DNA of 64,000 nt, from NCBI GenBank assembly GCA_965602015.1, contig OZ271918.1, positions 1 through 64,000 on the forward strand, written 5' to 3'. The DNA comes from Salinispira sp. (GTDB lineage Bacteria; Spirochaetota; Spirochaetia; DSM-27196; Salinispiraceae). This document shows, piece after piece, positions 1 through 9,353 of the stretch; position 1 is the stretch's first letter, and each line of letters begins with the position of its first letter. The position numbers were made by a program, and so were the translations under genes. The notes beneath the pieces were generated by a model, which worked only from the letters and a program-made list of their open reading frames with translations, was not told where the DNA came from and did no database searches.

Positions 1-167
1 CCGGTAACCGGCACCCGAACACTGCTAACTGACTCCGCCGGACGGATGATGGCTGCTGCGTTGAGTGAATCATCAATCGGGAAAAAGAGGCCGATTCCCA
101 GGAACAGCGTAAAGATTACTGAACTCCAGGTAGATACCTTCGTCCAGCGCTTCGATCTTATTTGCAT
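1..167 (-). CDS. HlyD-like membrane fusion/secretion adaptor, N-terminal part (runs off window edge)
   Basis: Manual translation from ATG at 167: MQIRSKRWTKVSTWSSVIFTLFLGIGLFFPIDDSLNAAAIIRPAESVSSVRVPVTG. One TM helix followed by the typical 'A.IxP....V..PVTG' start of MFPs; directly downstream of a PCAT. Not in the ORF track. Confidence 0.65.
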   Translation of the reverse strand, partial: MQIRSKRWTKVSTWSSVIFTLFLGIGLFFPIDDSLNAAAIIRPAESVSSVRVPVT

Positions 168-224
168 GTGATACCTTTGCAGTCGGAATCGGGACTTACA
201 TCTCCAAAACTCTGAGCTTTGGGT

Positions 225-2390
225 TTAGACGTACTGGGCCTGCCAGAGCTCCCGGTAAGCTCCGGTTCCGTCGGACATCAGTTCGTCGTGGCTGCCCGAC
301 TCTATGATTCGGCCGTTTTTCATGAGGTGGATAGAGTCGCAGCCCACAAGGGTCTGCAGGCGGTGGGCTGCCACTACGCAGGTGACCCCCTGCTCCTTGA
401 GCGAATCGAGGGTTTTGTTGAAGGCTTTCTGGGAAGCGTTGTCCAAGGCGCTGGTTGCCTCGTCGAGGAGCAGTACCGAGGGCTTTTGGATCAGTGTTCG
501 AGCAAGGGCGATTCTTTGGCGCTCGCCGCCGGAAAGATCGCGGCCGCCTTCCTGCAAGATGGTGTCGAAGCGCCGGGGCAGGCCTGAGATAACCGACAGC
601 GCCTGGGCTTTAACGCAGGCTTCCAGCACGTCTCCGATGCCGACGGATTCTTCACCCATAATCAGGTTTTCATAGACCGACATGCTCAACAGCTGTACAT
701 CCTGGGACACGTACCCGATGCAGCTGCGCAGCCATGATAAATCCAGGTCCCTGATGTTGATGCCGTCGATGCTGATTGAACCGCTGTCCGCCTCGTAGAG
801 ACGAAAGAGCAGTTTCATCATGGTCGATTTTCCGCATCCCGACGCACCGGCTATCCCCACCCGGCTTCCTGCGGGTATTTTTACCTCAAGATTTTCCAGC
901 GCCGGCCGCCCTGCTTCATATGAGAATTCGACTCCCGAGAATTCAATTTCACCTTTTATGCTTGTCGGGTGAATTTTCTCAGGTTGGGTATCATTCTCCG
1001 GCTCTTCGTCAGGCAGCTCGAGTATTTCCCCGACTCTCCGGGCAGCGATATCGGCGCTTTGAATGGCGGGCTGCATGGTGAGGATCCTGTTCAGGGGTGC
1101 GGAGAATGTGCCGCTCAGCATGGAGAAACTGATGAGCTGCCCGAAGCTCAGCTCTCCGGCCATTATCATCCGGCTCCCCGCCCAGAACAGAATGATTCGC
1201 TGAATGAGTTCGAAGGCTGAAAGGAGCTCCTGCTGAACGGCGGCGAGCCTTGTGAGACTGAAATGGGTGTTTGTCAGGTCGCCGAACTGCTTCCGGCTGA
1301 TTTCCATGGATGTAGCCTCATATCGGCTGCCCTTGATAAGTCCCATGGACGACAGGGCCTCTATCACCCTGCTGTTGCACATACCGTAGAGCGTCATGTA
1401 ATCCCGGTTTTGCTTTTCGAAGGTCTTGTGCATCCCCAGTACCAGCAGCGCGGACAGGGGAATTATCAGCATCATAATCAGGGCGAGTTTGGGCGCCTGG
1501 AAAAACAGAAAGCTTCCGACGCCGATAACCATCATGCTGTCCACCGATAATGCCATAACGCTGCCCGAAAGCACACTGCGTATCCGTCTGATGTCGTCGA
1601 ACCGGGTGTGGATTTCACCGGTTTTCCGTGAGTCGAAAAAGCTCATCGGCAGCTTCATCATTTTCGCCATATAGCGGTTCATCAACTCGAGGTCGATGTT
1701 GCAGCCGATTGCCGAGAGAATGTACTGTCTGCTGAATGATAAAATCCCCCTGAAACCAACCAGCGAAAGGGCGACCAGTGAGATAACCGAGAGACTCAGT
1801 CCGAGCTGCCCCGGGATTACCGAATCAACGAGAAACCGAAAGTAGATGAACTGCAGGATACTGATGACAGAGAGAATCCCCGAAGCCATCACGACCATCG
1901 CGAATGATCCGGTGAAGGGACGTAGCAGTTTGATAAAGCCCGCAAGGCCCGGTGTTGCCGACGTCTCGGTCAGAACCCCGCTTCCCGGCTCAAGAATCAT
2001 TGCCGCGCCCTGATACAGCAACTCGAACTGCCTAGCGGAAAGCCGGCGTTTCCCCTCGCCGGGGTCGGCCAGGTAAAACCTTCGAGACCCCGTGCGATAT
2101 AACACCGCAAAGTGACCACCGTCCCCCAGGCGGCTCTCAATATGAACAATGCAGGGCAGAAAAACAGCTGCCCGAAACTGGCCGGATTCTACCCGTACAG
2201 CCCTGACGGAAAAACCCAGTTCGCCGGCGGCCTTGGCCATCCCGGCAAAACTGCTCCCCCGCAGCCCGGTGCCCGCCAGCCGGCGAATCTGTTCCATGGA
2301 ATGCAGCACCCCGTGAAACCGGCAAATCATTGCCAGACATGCCGCCCCGCAATCCTGCTCATCCCTCTGACGAACCAATCGGAACATCAC
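225..2390 (-). CDS. Peptidase-containing ABC transporter (PCAT; C39 peptidase + TMD + NBD), bacteriocin-exporter type
   Basis: N-terminal QRDEQDCGAAC (catalytic Cys), GHFAVL...LADP (His/Asp), TM region, Walker A GASGCGKS, LSGGERQR signature, LLLDEATS Walker B. Confidence 0.95.
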   Translation of the reverse strand: MMFRLVRQRDEQDCGAACLAMICRFHGVLHSMEQIRRLAGTGLRGSSFAGMAKAAGELGFSVRAVRVESGQFRAAVFLPCIVHIESRLGDGGHFAVLYRTGSRRFYLADPGEGKRRLSARQFELLYQGAAMILEPGSGVLTETSATPGLAGFIKLLRPFTGSFAMVVMASGILSVISILQFIYFRFLVDSVIPGQLGLSLSVISLVALSLVGFRGILSFSRQYILSAIGCNIDLELMNRYMAKMMKLPMSFFDSRKTGEIHTRFDDIRRIRSVLSGSVMALSVDSMMVIGVGSFLFFQAPKLALIMMLIIPLSALLVLGMHKTFEKQNRDYMTLYGMCNSRVIEALSSMGLIKGSRYEATSMEISRKQFGDLTNTHFSLTRLAAVQQELLSAFELIQRIILFWAGSRMIMAGELSFGQLISFSMLSGTFSAPLNRILTMQPAIQSADIAARRVGEILELPDEEPENDTQPEKIHPTSIKGEIEFSGVEFSYEAGRPALENLEVKIPAGSRVGIAGASGCGKSTMMKLLFRLYEADSGSISIDGINIRDLDLSWLRSCIGYVSQDVQLLSMSVYENLIMGEESVGIGDVLEACVKAQALSVISGLPRRFDTILQEGGRDLSGGERQRIALARTLIQKPSVLLLDEATSALDNASQKAFNKTLDSLKEQGVTCVVAAHRLQTLVGCDSIHLMKNGRIIESGSHDELMSDGTGAYRELWQAQYV

Positions 2391-3706
2391 GGAGTTTCCT
2401 CGTCAGATTGGTTCTCAGCCACTGTCGCAGACCTGTCCGAGTCCTGGTTTTCCGGATTTACCGGTTCGTTAATAGGGACGAGGGGAGTGCGGGCTATACG
2501 TAGGCCTCGCGCGCCGGTGAGGTACGGGGTTCTTTTGAAGGAGCTTATGGACGGTGACCCACCGAAAAAGGAAGATGTACAGTACATCCGAAAACTATCG
2601 TAGTTCATTGCCCTACGACGATTCTCCCAGTTAGTTTCCTCCTCGTGCATGAGCCATTCATTATTGTTACCGGAAAGATCAAATATACCCAAGTGATTCG
2701 GTCGTTTTGTTCCTACCTCATGGGTTTGCCAGGCTATACCGCTGGTGTTGGAATTTTCTATGTACCAGGCAAATTCACCATTTAGTTCGGGGTCATCCTC
2801 GGGAATGTACATGGCCCCGCTGGCGGCAAGATGAAATGCATAGTATTGCCCTTCCATCCTTTGATTCCACTCGTATTTTGGAGTAGGAATTCGATTAGGA
2901 TCGAGCCAACAGCCAGCGACGTCATACTCCGACGGAGTCGGAAGCCTAAATCCGTCATGCAGGTAATGAAGCTTTTCATCTACATATTGGTAGAGGTCCG
3001 CTTCCACCGGAATAAATATATCTGTAGGCACATCGTTTGTCCTGCTTCTACCAGCATTTGCCAGGCGCGCGTCCCGTATTACGCTTCCGTCGCGTCTGCG
3101 ATATACCGGGCTGAGTTCACTGCCGCTGTGGGCATTCACCCATTCGGTCAGCGCGTTGGTCCAGACTACTGCGCTAAACCAGTCTATGTGGGTCACCGGG
3201 TGACGTTCGTTCAGGAGGTTTGGAGGGATTTCCGTACTATGGCTTTCATCAGACATTATACCCATGCCCATTTGCCCGGGAGATCTAAAATGGTAACGGC
3301 TTTCCAGCCGGTCTTCCGCAGTCGCCCAGCTGTGTATTGTTTCCCATAGTACATAGGTTACCTCTGTTTCCCCCATCCAGCAGGAGGCGACGGGAATGAC
3401 AGCTTCGTGGAATTTTAATTTTGTGTGGCCATTGACGGTATGACGAAGCCGCAGAGATAGCTCCCCAACCTGGAACTGCTGAAGCGTTCCTGGCGCGCTT
3501 TCAACCCGGATGTATTGACGGTCGTGAAAAGGGGGAATGGTTGGGACATCTCCCTCAGTAAACCATGCTGTGTCTAGATTACTAACGGTTGGCAAGCCGG
3601 CGGCGATTTCATTTTCCGCATGTCGGGCCTTAGTTGACTCGAAATGACAGCCGACAGGTAAGGTCCACAAAACAATCAAAAAACAGCTAATCATGGTTCT
3701 TCTCAT
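2387..3706 (-). CDS. FGE-sulfatase (formylglycine-generating enzyme fold) domain lipoprotein
   Basis: Signal peptide ending PVGC; motifs ETEVT, HPVTHIDW, FRLPTPSEY, HEVGTKRPNHLGIFDLSGNNNEW, C-terminal GLRIAR; stop overlaps PCAT start. Confidence 0.85.
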   Translation of the reverse strand: MRRTMISCFLIVLWTLPVGCHFESTKARHAENEIAAGLPTVSNLDTAWFTEGDVPTIPPFHDRQYIRVESAPGTLQQFQVGELSLRLRHTVNGHTKLKFHEAVIPVASCWMGETEVTYVLWETIHSWATAEDRLESRYHFRSPGQMGMGIMSDESHSTEIPPNLLNERHPVTHIDWFSAVVWTNALTEWVNAHSGSELSPVYRRRDGSVIRDARLANAGRSRTNDVPTDIFIPVEADLYQYVDEKLHYLHDGFRLPTPSEYDVAGCWLDPNRIPTPKYEWNQRMEGQYYAFHLAASGAMYIPEDDPELNGEFAWYIENSNTSGIAWQTHEVGTKRPNHLGIFDLSGNNNEWLMHEEETNWENRRRAMNYDSFRMYCTSSFFGGSPSISSFKRTPYLTGARGLRIARTPLVPINEPVNPENQDSDRSATVAENQSDEETP

Positions 3707-3716
3707 GCTCTCATCC

Positions 3717-4553
3717 CTATTCGATTACCCGAAGGCTGACAATCTGATAGTCAGAGCGGTCTTTGCCGGAATGGGGATCCATCATGGTATCCCAGTCCCA
3801 GCCGCTCACGGACACGAAGTGGGTGGCACCGTTGTGCGTTTGAAGCTTCACAATTACGCCGCTTACATCGCCGTAGTCATTTGCCTCGCGAAATTGATTC
3901 AAAACGCTCTGGCCATTTGAATAGCTGAGGTCGCTGTAATTCTCCAAATTGTCGCCGGTGAAGAAAGGAAGATCATCGGAGCTATCTATTGATAGATAGT
4001 CATCTAAAGACAGGCTCAGTTTTTCGCCGATCACCTCCATCAATTTCTGAGGATTGTTTACGTACCCGTTTTTCTCAATTATGGGATTTCCATTATCGGA
4101 TCTCATCCCCGCCTCCACAATCTCCAGCGCTTCGTCGAAGCTGATGTCATAGCCTGCGGCGATGTACTGGTTGATGAGCGAGGCGACGAAGCAGAAGCCG
4201 TCGCCCAGTTCGGCATCCAGATCTCTGCCGAGGCTGTCGGGATCAAGGGGGTCGGGGTCCGGATCGGTTTCGTCGTCTTTCGGGGGTTTGGGCTTCGGGG
4301 GTTTGCGGTAGCTGGTGTCGTCGTAATATGAGCTTGGGCCTTTGTACGGGGTTGAGCCGCCTCCGCCGCTGAGCCCCGGGTCGCCTTTGTACCAGCTGCT
4401 GAAGGCGCTGATGTCCGGGTCGTCATCATCATCCGGGCCGTTATCGGGTGTGCTCGGTTTTTTGTAGCTGGTTGGCGACGAGTAATGGCCGCCGCGGATT
4501 TCCGCCATTTCTTCCGGGGTGAGCTCCGGCAGGGTGAGGGTGGTCTGCTTCAT
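3717..4553 (-). CDS. Double-glycine-leader secreted precursor (278 aa) with Pro/Asp/Ser-rich linker and putative papain-like C-terminal domain
   Basis: N-terminus MKQTTLTLPELTPEEMAEIRGG matches the EL..EE...I.GG leader consensus; same operon as the PCAT; C121 (GFCFVASL), H245 (THFV), D259 (MDP). Confidence 0.8.
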   Translation of the reverse strand: MKQTTLTLPELTPEEMAEIRGGHYSSPTSYKKPSTPDNGPDDDDDPDISAFSSWYKGDPGLSGGGGSTPYKGPSSYYDDTSYRKPPKPKPPKDDETDPDPDPLDPDSLGRDLDAELGDGFCFVASLINQYIAAGYDISFDEALEIVEAGMRSDNGNPIIEKNGYVNNPQKLMEVIGEKLSLSLDDYLSIDSSDDLPFFTGDNLENYSDLSYSNGQSVLNQFREANDYGDVSGVIVKLQTHNGATHFVSVSGWDWDTMMDPHSGKDRSDYQIVSLRVIE

Positions 4554-5749
4554 ACGCTGATCTCCTGTTTTATGGTATTCTTGTGCTCGCAGCTGCAGCT
4601 CTTACAGCGTTTTCTGGGCAGGTACTCCCGGTACACATCGATATGTGCCTGGGCGCACCTGCGCCAGGTGAATTGCCTGGCGTCGCTGATTCCCTGTTCC
4701 ACCAGGGGAGCGCAGCGTTTCCAGTCGCCGACTGCCCGGCGCAGTACTTCCGCAATGCGTTCCCTGTGGGATTCTATTTCCAGAGCGTTGGTTCCGGGCC
4801 TTAGGTATTCATCCATGCCCAAGCCCGTCGGAGCCAGGAGCAGGCAGCCGGCGCCCATGGCCTCCAGTCCTACGAGCCCGAAGGGTTCGTAGCGGCTTGG
4901 CATGACCACCGCATCGCTCTCCGCATATGCCTTGATTCGCTGGTTCCGTCTGACGAACCCCATAAACCTGACTGCGGGGTAGCGCCCGGCCATGTCAGGC
5001 GGAGCTTCGCTGTACAGTCGGAACTCTATGCCGGCAAACGACTCTTCTTCGGCCAGCGTCCGGGCGGCTTCCAGGTACTCGATTACGCCTTTGTGCCGGG
5101 GCTCAAAACGCCCGAAAAAGCTGATTACCCGGGGAACTGCCCGGGGTTTTGCCTGGGGCTTGGGAACCAGTTCTCCCCCGCCCAGGGGCAGCACCCGCGG
5201 TTTGCAGCCGGGACTGATGCTTGCGGCGGCCTTCTCGGCCATGTAGCGGGAGTACACCAGGCTCACCGGCGAGTTTCTCAGGGCATGCCTGTCAATTTTA
5301 TATTCCTGAAACCACACGTCATCCAGTTGGGGAAAGCCGACCAGGTCGGAGTAGGCGAAATGCAGGGAGAACAGCAGGTTCGGCAAGGCTCTGAAGGGAT
5401 AGTATGCCTGGCGGTCGTTACAGTGAATGACGTGAGGATCAAACGCCTTCAAGAGGGGAATCGACCGGGCCAGGATTTGGTACCCGGTGCGAAAAATCAG
5501 GCTCTCGGTGGCCGAGGCCCCGATGTCCGGTCCGGGTGACAGGCAGTAATCGACCTGATCCGAGGGAGTCGGAGCATCCCAGCGGTACTGGAGAAGCAGT
5601 ACCCGGGCGTCGGCTCCCAGCCTGCGGAGCTGTCGGGCCATCTGACCGATGAACTCCCCGGCGCCGCCAAGCCGCCGGCCGGGATCTTCATTGGTGACCA
5701 ACAGCACCCGCAATTCTTCGGTTTTTGATGTGCATCGGCATTTTTCCAT
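4550..5749 (-). CDS. Glycosyltransferase family 4 (GT-B)
   Basis: GGAG N-terminal motif, DPHVIHCND, FFGRFEPRHKG, PSRYEPFGLVGLEAM; ATGA overlap with the precursor gene. Confidence 0.92.
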   Translation of the reverse strand: MEKCRCTSKTEELRVLLVTNEDPGRRLGGAGEFIGQMARQLRRLGADARVLLLQYRWDAPTPSDQVDYCLSPGPDIGASATESLIFRTGYQILARSIPLLKAFDPHVIHCNDRQAYYPFRALPNLLFSLHFAYSDLVGFPQLDDVWFQEYKIDRHALRNSPVSLVYSRYMAEKAAASISPGCKPRVLPLGGGELVPKPQAKPRAVPRVISFFGRFEPRHKGVIEYLEAARTLAEEESFAGIEFRLYSEAPPDMAGRYPAVRFMGFVRRNQRIKAYAESDAVVMPSRYEPFGLVGLEAMGAGCLLLAPTGLGMDEYLRPGTNALEIESHRERIAEVLRRAVGDWKRCAPLVEQGISDARQFTWRRCAQAHIDVYREYLPRKRCKSCSCEHKNTIKQEISV

Positions 5750-5862
5750 CTCACAACTACTACCCGCAGATCAGTTCAGCTGCTTCGATTTTTTATGGAA
5801 ATTCGAAGTGGTTCGAGACTTTTTTCAGTGAGATAGTCACAGCACTATGTGAGGAGTTGCCG

Positions 5863-8055
5863 ATGAGTAGAGTCCGGAGGAGATTGTCCGGGAAATTGAT
5901 GGCGGTCGGGGCGTTTGTGATGTGTGTGGCGGTCTGCGCCGGGGCTTCCTGCAGAATGAAGACCCTCGAGCCCGAGTTGCCCCCTGAAGTGGTCAGGCCG
6001 GCGGTCCTGGGGGAGATAGGCCTCACGGTCCGCATTCCCGAAGATCTGGGTCGCTACCGACCGGGAGCCGCCGCCAGATTCATCGATCCCCGCTGCGCCT
6101 CCCTGGAAATTGTGGTTTCCGGAGCCGACATGGAGGACAAAAGCCTGTCTGCCCAGATCGGGCCGGAGGACGCCGGCGGTTCGGTGGTTCTGGAAATGAC
6201 GGGAATACCCGCTGGAGATGCCCGCTTCATTCAGGTCACCGCCAGGGATGAGGACAGCGGGATACTCGGAAGTGGCGCCGCACAGATCGCGGTGCATCCC
6301 TCGGTGGTAACCCGGGCGGTAATATGTCTCCTCCCGGACGTATGCGTACCCCTTGAGACCGGAGCTCCCCGCATGGAGAGCATCGGAGCGAAAGTACTGA
6401 TGTATTTCCGCACACCGGCGGGCGGGGCGGAAACCGGCGGGTTGTGGTCCTTTTCCGTTGACTCGGATATCCGGCCGGATGTGTATCTTATTCATGCTGA
6501 CGGCACAATGACCGATGATTTTCGCCTGGAGGAGCGAAGCGCCGGGACCGATGCGGTGCTGTCGGCGGAAACCGGGGATGAACTGTACTGCGCTCTGGGC
6601 AACCCCGGAGCTTCGGCCATGACCGTTGAAATTACCTGGCATGAGTATCCCGGCCGGCTGTTTGATCCGTATTACATCGGCGCGGAGGTGGGAGCCGGGG
6701 GTTTTACCGATATCAACTCCGGCGCCCAGGCTCTTTGGCCCGGACGGGATGGTTCGACCAATCACATCACTTCGACGATTTCCCTGGATTTTTCCTTCCC
6801 CTTCGGAGGCGCATGGTATGACGAGCTTGTTGTCAGCTCCAACGGGTACATCGCCTTCACAAGCGAAAATATCTATAGCTCCGTGGACGCCGATGATTTT
6901 TCCGCCCGGGATTATCCGGTGAACCTTATCGCGCTGTTTATGGGAAGCTTCGTGGCAGATTTTGAGCGGGGTTTTCAGGGGTATTGTGCGTTCGACGGGA
7001 GCGGGGACGGCCGACGCTGCACCATACAGTTCGACAGTGTCAGACTGCGTAGCCAGCCTGATATCTCCTTATCGGGTCAGGTGGTTGTGTATGCCTCCGG
7101 GGAGATTGAACTTCGCTACCGGACTCCGGGTCAGGCCCTGCCGGCCGGGGAAGAGCTGGCGGCGGGATTGAAGAATAATGCGGGCACCGATTTTCGGGGG
7201 CCCGGGCTGCTGACGTCCGCCCTGCCTGCTGAAGACCTGCGCTTCGCCCTCACGGACAACTTGCCGCCAACGGCTGTCATGAACATGCCGCCGGCCGCAT
7301 ATGCAGGAACCGGGGTGGCGTTTTCCGCCGAGGAGAGCAGCGACCCCGACGGCAACATTGCTTCATGGTTTTGGGACTTCGGCGACGGCGCCAGCTCTGA
7401 GGGCATTACGGCGAACCATAGCTACGCCGATTCAGGCAATTATACAGTCAGCCTCACCTGCACAGACAGCAAGGGGGCGGCGTCCCGAAGCAAGAAAACC
7501 ATCCGCATCGGCGAAGACAGCGGGATAGACACGATTATTATCAGCGAGCTGTTGTTCAGTTCTTTTGATGATGCCGTTGAACTGCACAACCCGACCCTGT
7601 CGCCGGTGAGCATCGGAGGATGGACCGTCGGCATTTACCGAAGCGAGAGCAGCCACAGTATTATCAGCCTGCCGGGCGGCACGGTTTTGGCGCCTTTGAG
7701 CTGCCTTGTGGTGACCGAGGCTGATTTTGATGACGAACTGCTGCTTGGGCATGCGCCTGTTCTTGCCGGCGACAAAAACTGGACTCTCTACGGCAATTAC
7801 CGCGCCAGGATCTATCTGGAGGACGGCGGGTCTGCGCCGGTTGACACCCTGCTTCTCAATGACAGCTTCATTCTGCCGGCGGGCGGGCGCTGGTACGGCA
7901 ACCCCCTGACTCCCGGCGCCGAGGCGCTGGGGGTAAGCCGCAACTATCCCCTAACTGATAATCACGATGGAGCGGACTGGCGGATAGACTCTCTGAGCCC
8001 CGGGGAACTGTACCCCGGCGAGTCTGAGGGAGGGCTGCTCATAGATATCCGATGA
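5863..8055 (+). CDS. Large surface lipoprotein with PKD domain and C-terminal lamin-tail-like domain
   Basis: RBS GAGGAG before ATG 5863; signal ending GASC; PKD motif SSDPDGNIASWFWDFGDG...HSY...GNYTVSLT; LTD-like IIISELL...VELHNP; nidogen-like FSFPFGG...VSSNGYIAF segment. Confidence 0.75.
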   Translation: MSRVRRRLSGKLMAVGAFVMCVAVCAGASCRMKTLEPELPPEVVRPAVLGEIGLTVRIPEDLGRYRPGAAARFIDPRCASLEIVVSGADMEDKSLSAQIGPEDAGGSVVLEMTGIPAGDARFIQVTARDEDSGILGSGAAQIAVHPSVVTRAVICLLPDVCVPLETGAPRMESIGAKVLMYFRTPAGGAETGGLWSFSVDSDIRPDVYLIHADGTMTDDFRLEERSAGTDAVLSAETGDELYCALGNPGASAMTVEITWHEYPGRLFDPYYIGAEVGAGGFTDINSGAQALWPGRDGSTNHITSTISLDFSFPFGGAWYDELVVSSNGYIAFTSENIYSSVDADDFSARDYPVNLIALFMGSFVADFERGFQGYCAFDGSGDGRRCTIQFDSVRLRSQPDISLSGQVVVYASGEIELRYRTPGQALPAGEELAAGLKNNAGTDFRGPGLLTSALPAEDLRFALTDNLPPTAVMNMPPAAYAGTGVAFSAEESSDPDGNIASWFWDFGDGASSEGITANHSYADSGNYTVSLTCTDSKGAASRSKKTIRIGEDSGIDTIIISELLFSSFDDAVELHNPTLSPVSIGGWTVGIYRSESSHSIISLPGGTVLAPLSCLVVTEADFDDELLLGHAPVLAGDKNWTLYGNYRARIYLEDGGSAPVDTLLLNDSFILPAGGRWYGNPLTPGAEALGVSRNYPLTDNHDGADWRIDSLSPGELYPGESEGGLLIDIR

Positions 8056-8093
8056 GTAATGATGGTAAATGACCGCCGGGTCTGATATAGTCT

Positions 8094-9245
8094 TTGTATC
8101 GAACTTTCATTGATTTTTGGACCGGTATGTTACTGATTGCGGCGGCCATCGCCTTTACAACTAACCTGATTCTCACCAGATTTATCATTCGGCTCAGCCA
8201 TAAAAAGCAGTGGTTTGACCATTTCGACGACAGGAAAATCCACACCGAAGAAACTCCCCGGTTGGGGGGCGTCGGGTTTTTCCTGAGTTTTATTATTACG
8301 GTGCTTGTTATCATTGTGCTTCAGCTGGTTTTTCCCGGGCAGCTATTGCTGCGGGGCATTCAGCTAAGGCGGAATCTCCTGCTGTTTCTCGGGCTCACGC
8401 TGATACACGGCCTCGGCTTGTATGATGATTTTCGCCCCATAAGGGCCATATACAAGCTGGTCGGCCAAATCGCCGCCGGCATAATGATGGCCCTTGGCGG
8501 CGCTCTTATGGACGGAATCTACCTTCCGGTGATTTCCGTGGTTATTCCCCTTGGCCCCTTCAGCGGGGCGGTTACGGTGTTCTGGATTATTTCCATTTCG
8601 AATGCGGTGAATCTGATCGACGGGCTGGACGGTTTGGCCGGGGGCACGTCGCTTATTGCGGCGTTGGCCATCGGCGCGGTCCACATCATCCTCGGCAACT
8701 TTATCGGGGCCTTGTACAGCTTCATTCTTGGCGGAGCGGTTTTGGGCTTTTTGTTTTACAACCGACCCCGGGCGAAGATTTTTATGGGCGACTCGGGCAG
8801 CCTGTTCCTGGGATTTATTCTCGGCGCACTGGTGTTTATCGGAGGCGACGGAGCGGCGGATGAGGCGGTGAACGGAGTGGATCAGTTTCTTGCGGGCTTT
8901 GTGCTGACCATTACCCTGCTCATCGTTCCCATTATCGATATGATATCCGCCATTCTGCGCAGGCTGAGGGAAGGAAAGCCTATACATCACCCCGACAAGG
9001 AACATCTGCATCACAAGCTTCTGGGCTTTGGCTTTTCCACAGCTCAAATTCTGGCCATTGTTCACTCGGTGAATCTGGCCATGGCCGTTGCGGTTATCGC
9101 CTGGGCAATAAACAACGCGTCGGGAGGCGCTCAGGTGGCCGGCGACCTCATACTCATCGCGGCCTGGACCCTGGCTGCAGCCCTCTCAATCTGGCTTCAC
9201 TACGCGAACCGGCGGCGCAAGAGCCGGGCTTCAGCATCGAACTAA
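8094..9245 (+). CDS. MraY/WecA/TagO-family undecaprenyl-phosphate sugar-1-phosphate transferase
   Basis: RKIH..PRLGG, GLYDDF, NAVNLIDGLDGLA, IFMGDSGS, DKEHLHHKL; start may be ATG 8127. Confidence 0.92.
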   Translation: MYRTFIDFWTGMLLIAAAIAFTTNLILTRFIIRLSHKKQWFDHFDDRKIHTEETPRLGGVGFFLSFIITVLVIIVLQLVFPGQLLLRGIQLRRNLLLFLGLTLIHGLGLYDDFRPIRAIYKLVGQIAAGIMMALGGALMDGIYLPVISVVIPLGPFSGAVTVFWIISISNAVNLIDGLDGLAGGTSLIAALAIGAVHIILGNFIGALYSFILGGAVLGFLFYNRPRAKIFMGDSGSLFLGFILGALVFIGGDGAADEAVNGVDQFLAGFVLTITLLIVPIIDMISAILRRLREGKPIHHPDKEHLHHKLLGFGFSTAQILAIVHSVNLAMAVAVIAWAINNASGGAQVAGDLILIAAWTLAAALSIWLHYANRRRKSRASASN

Positions 9246-9353
9246 GTGAGTTTTATTACTCTTGCCCCCCGGTACATCCTGATTGCCCGTGACCGTCTTT
9301 TGCCCATTAGCAGATTTTTGAGGCGCTGTTCTTGCTTGTGAGGAGGAGCCTGA

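Noticed and set aside
165..227. PCAT-HlyD fusion by stop readthrough
   Set aside because: The two ORFs are in frame across one TAA and 19 open codons, but this is plausible by chance and the HlyD gene has its own ATG and a weak RBS
2387..3706. Diversity-generating retroelement target
   Set aside because: FGE-fold proteins can be DGR targets, but I saw no template repeat of its 3' end and no reverse transcriptase in the window; a remote DGR cannot be excluded
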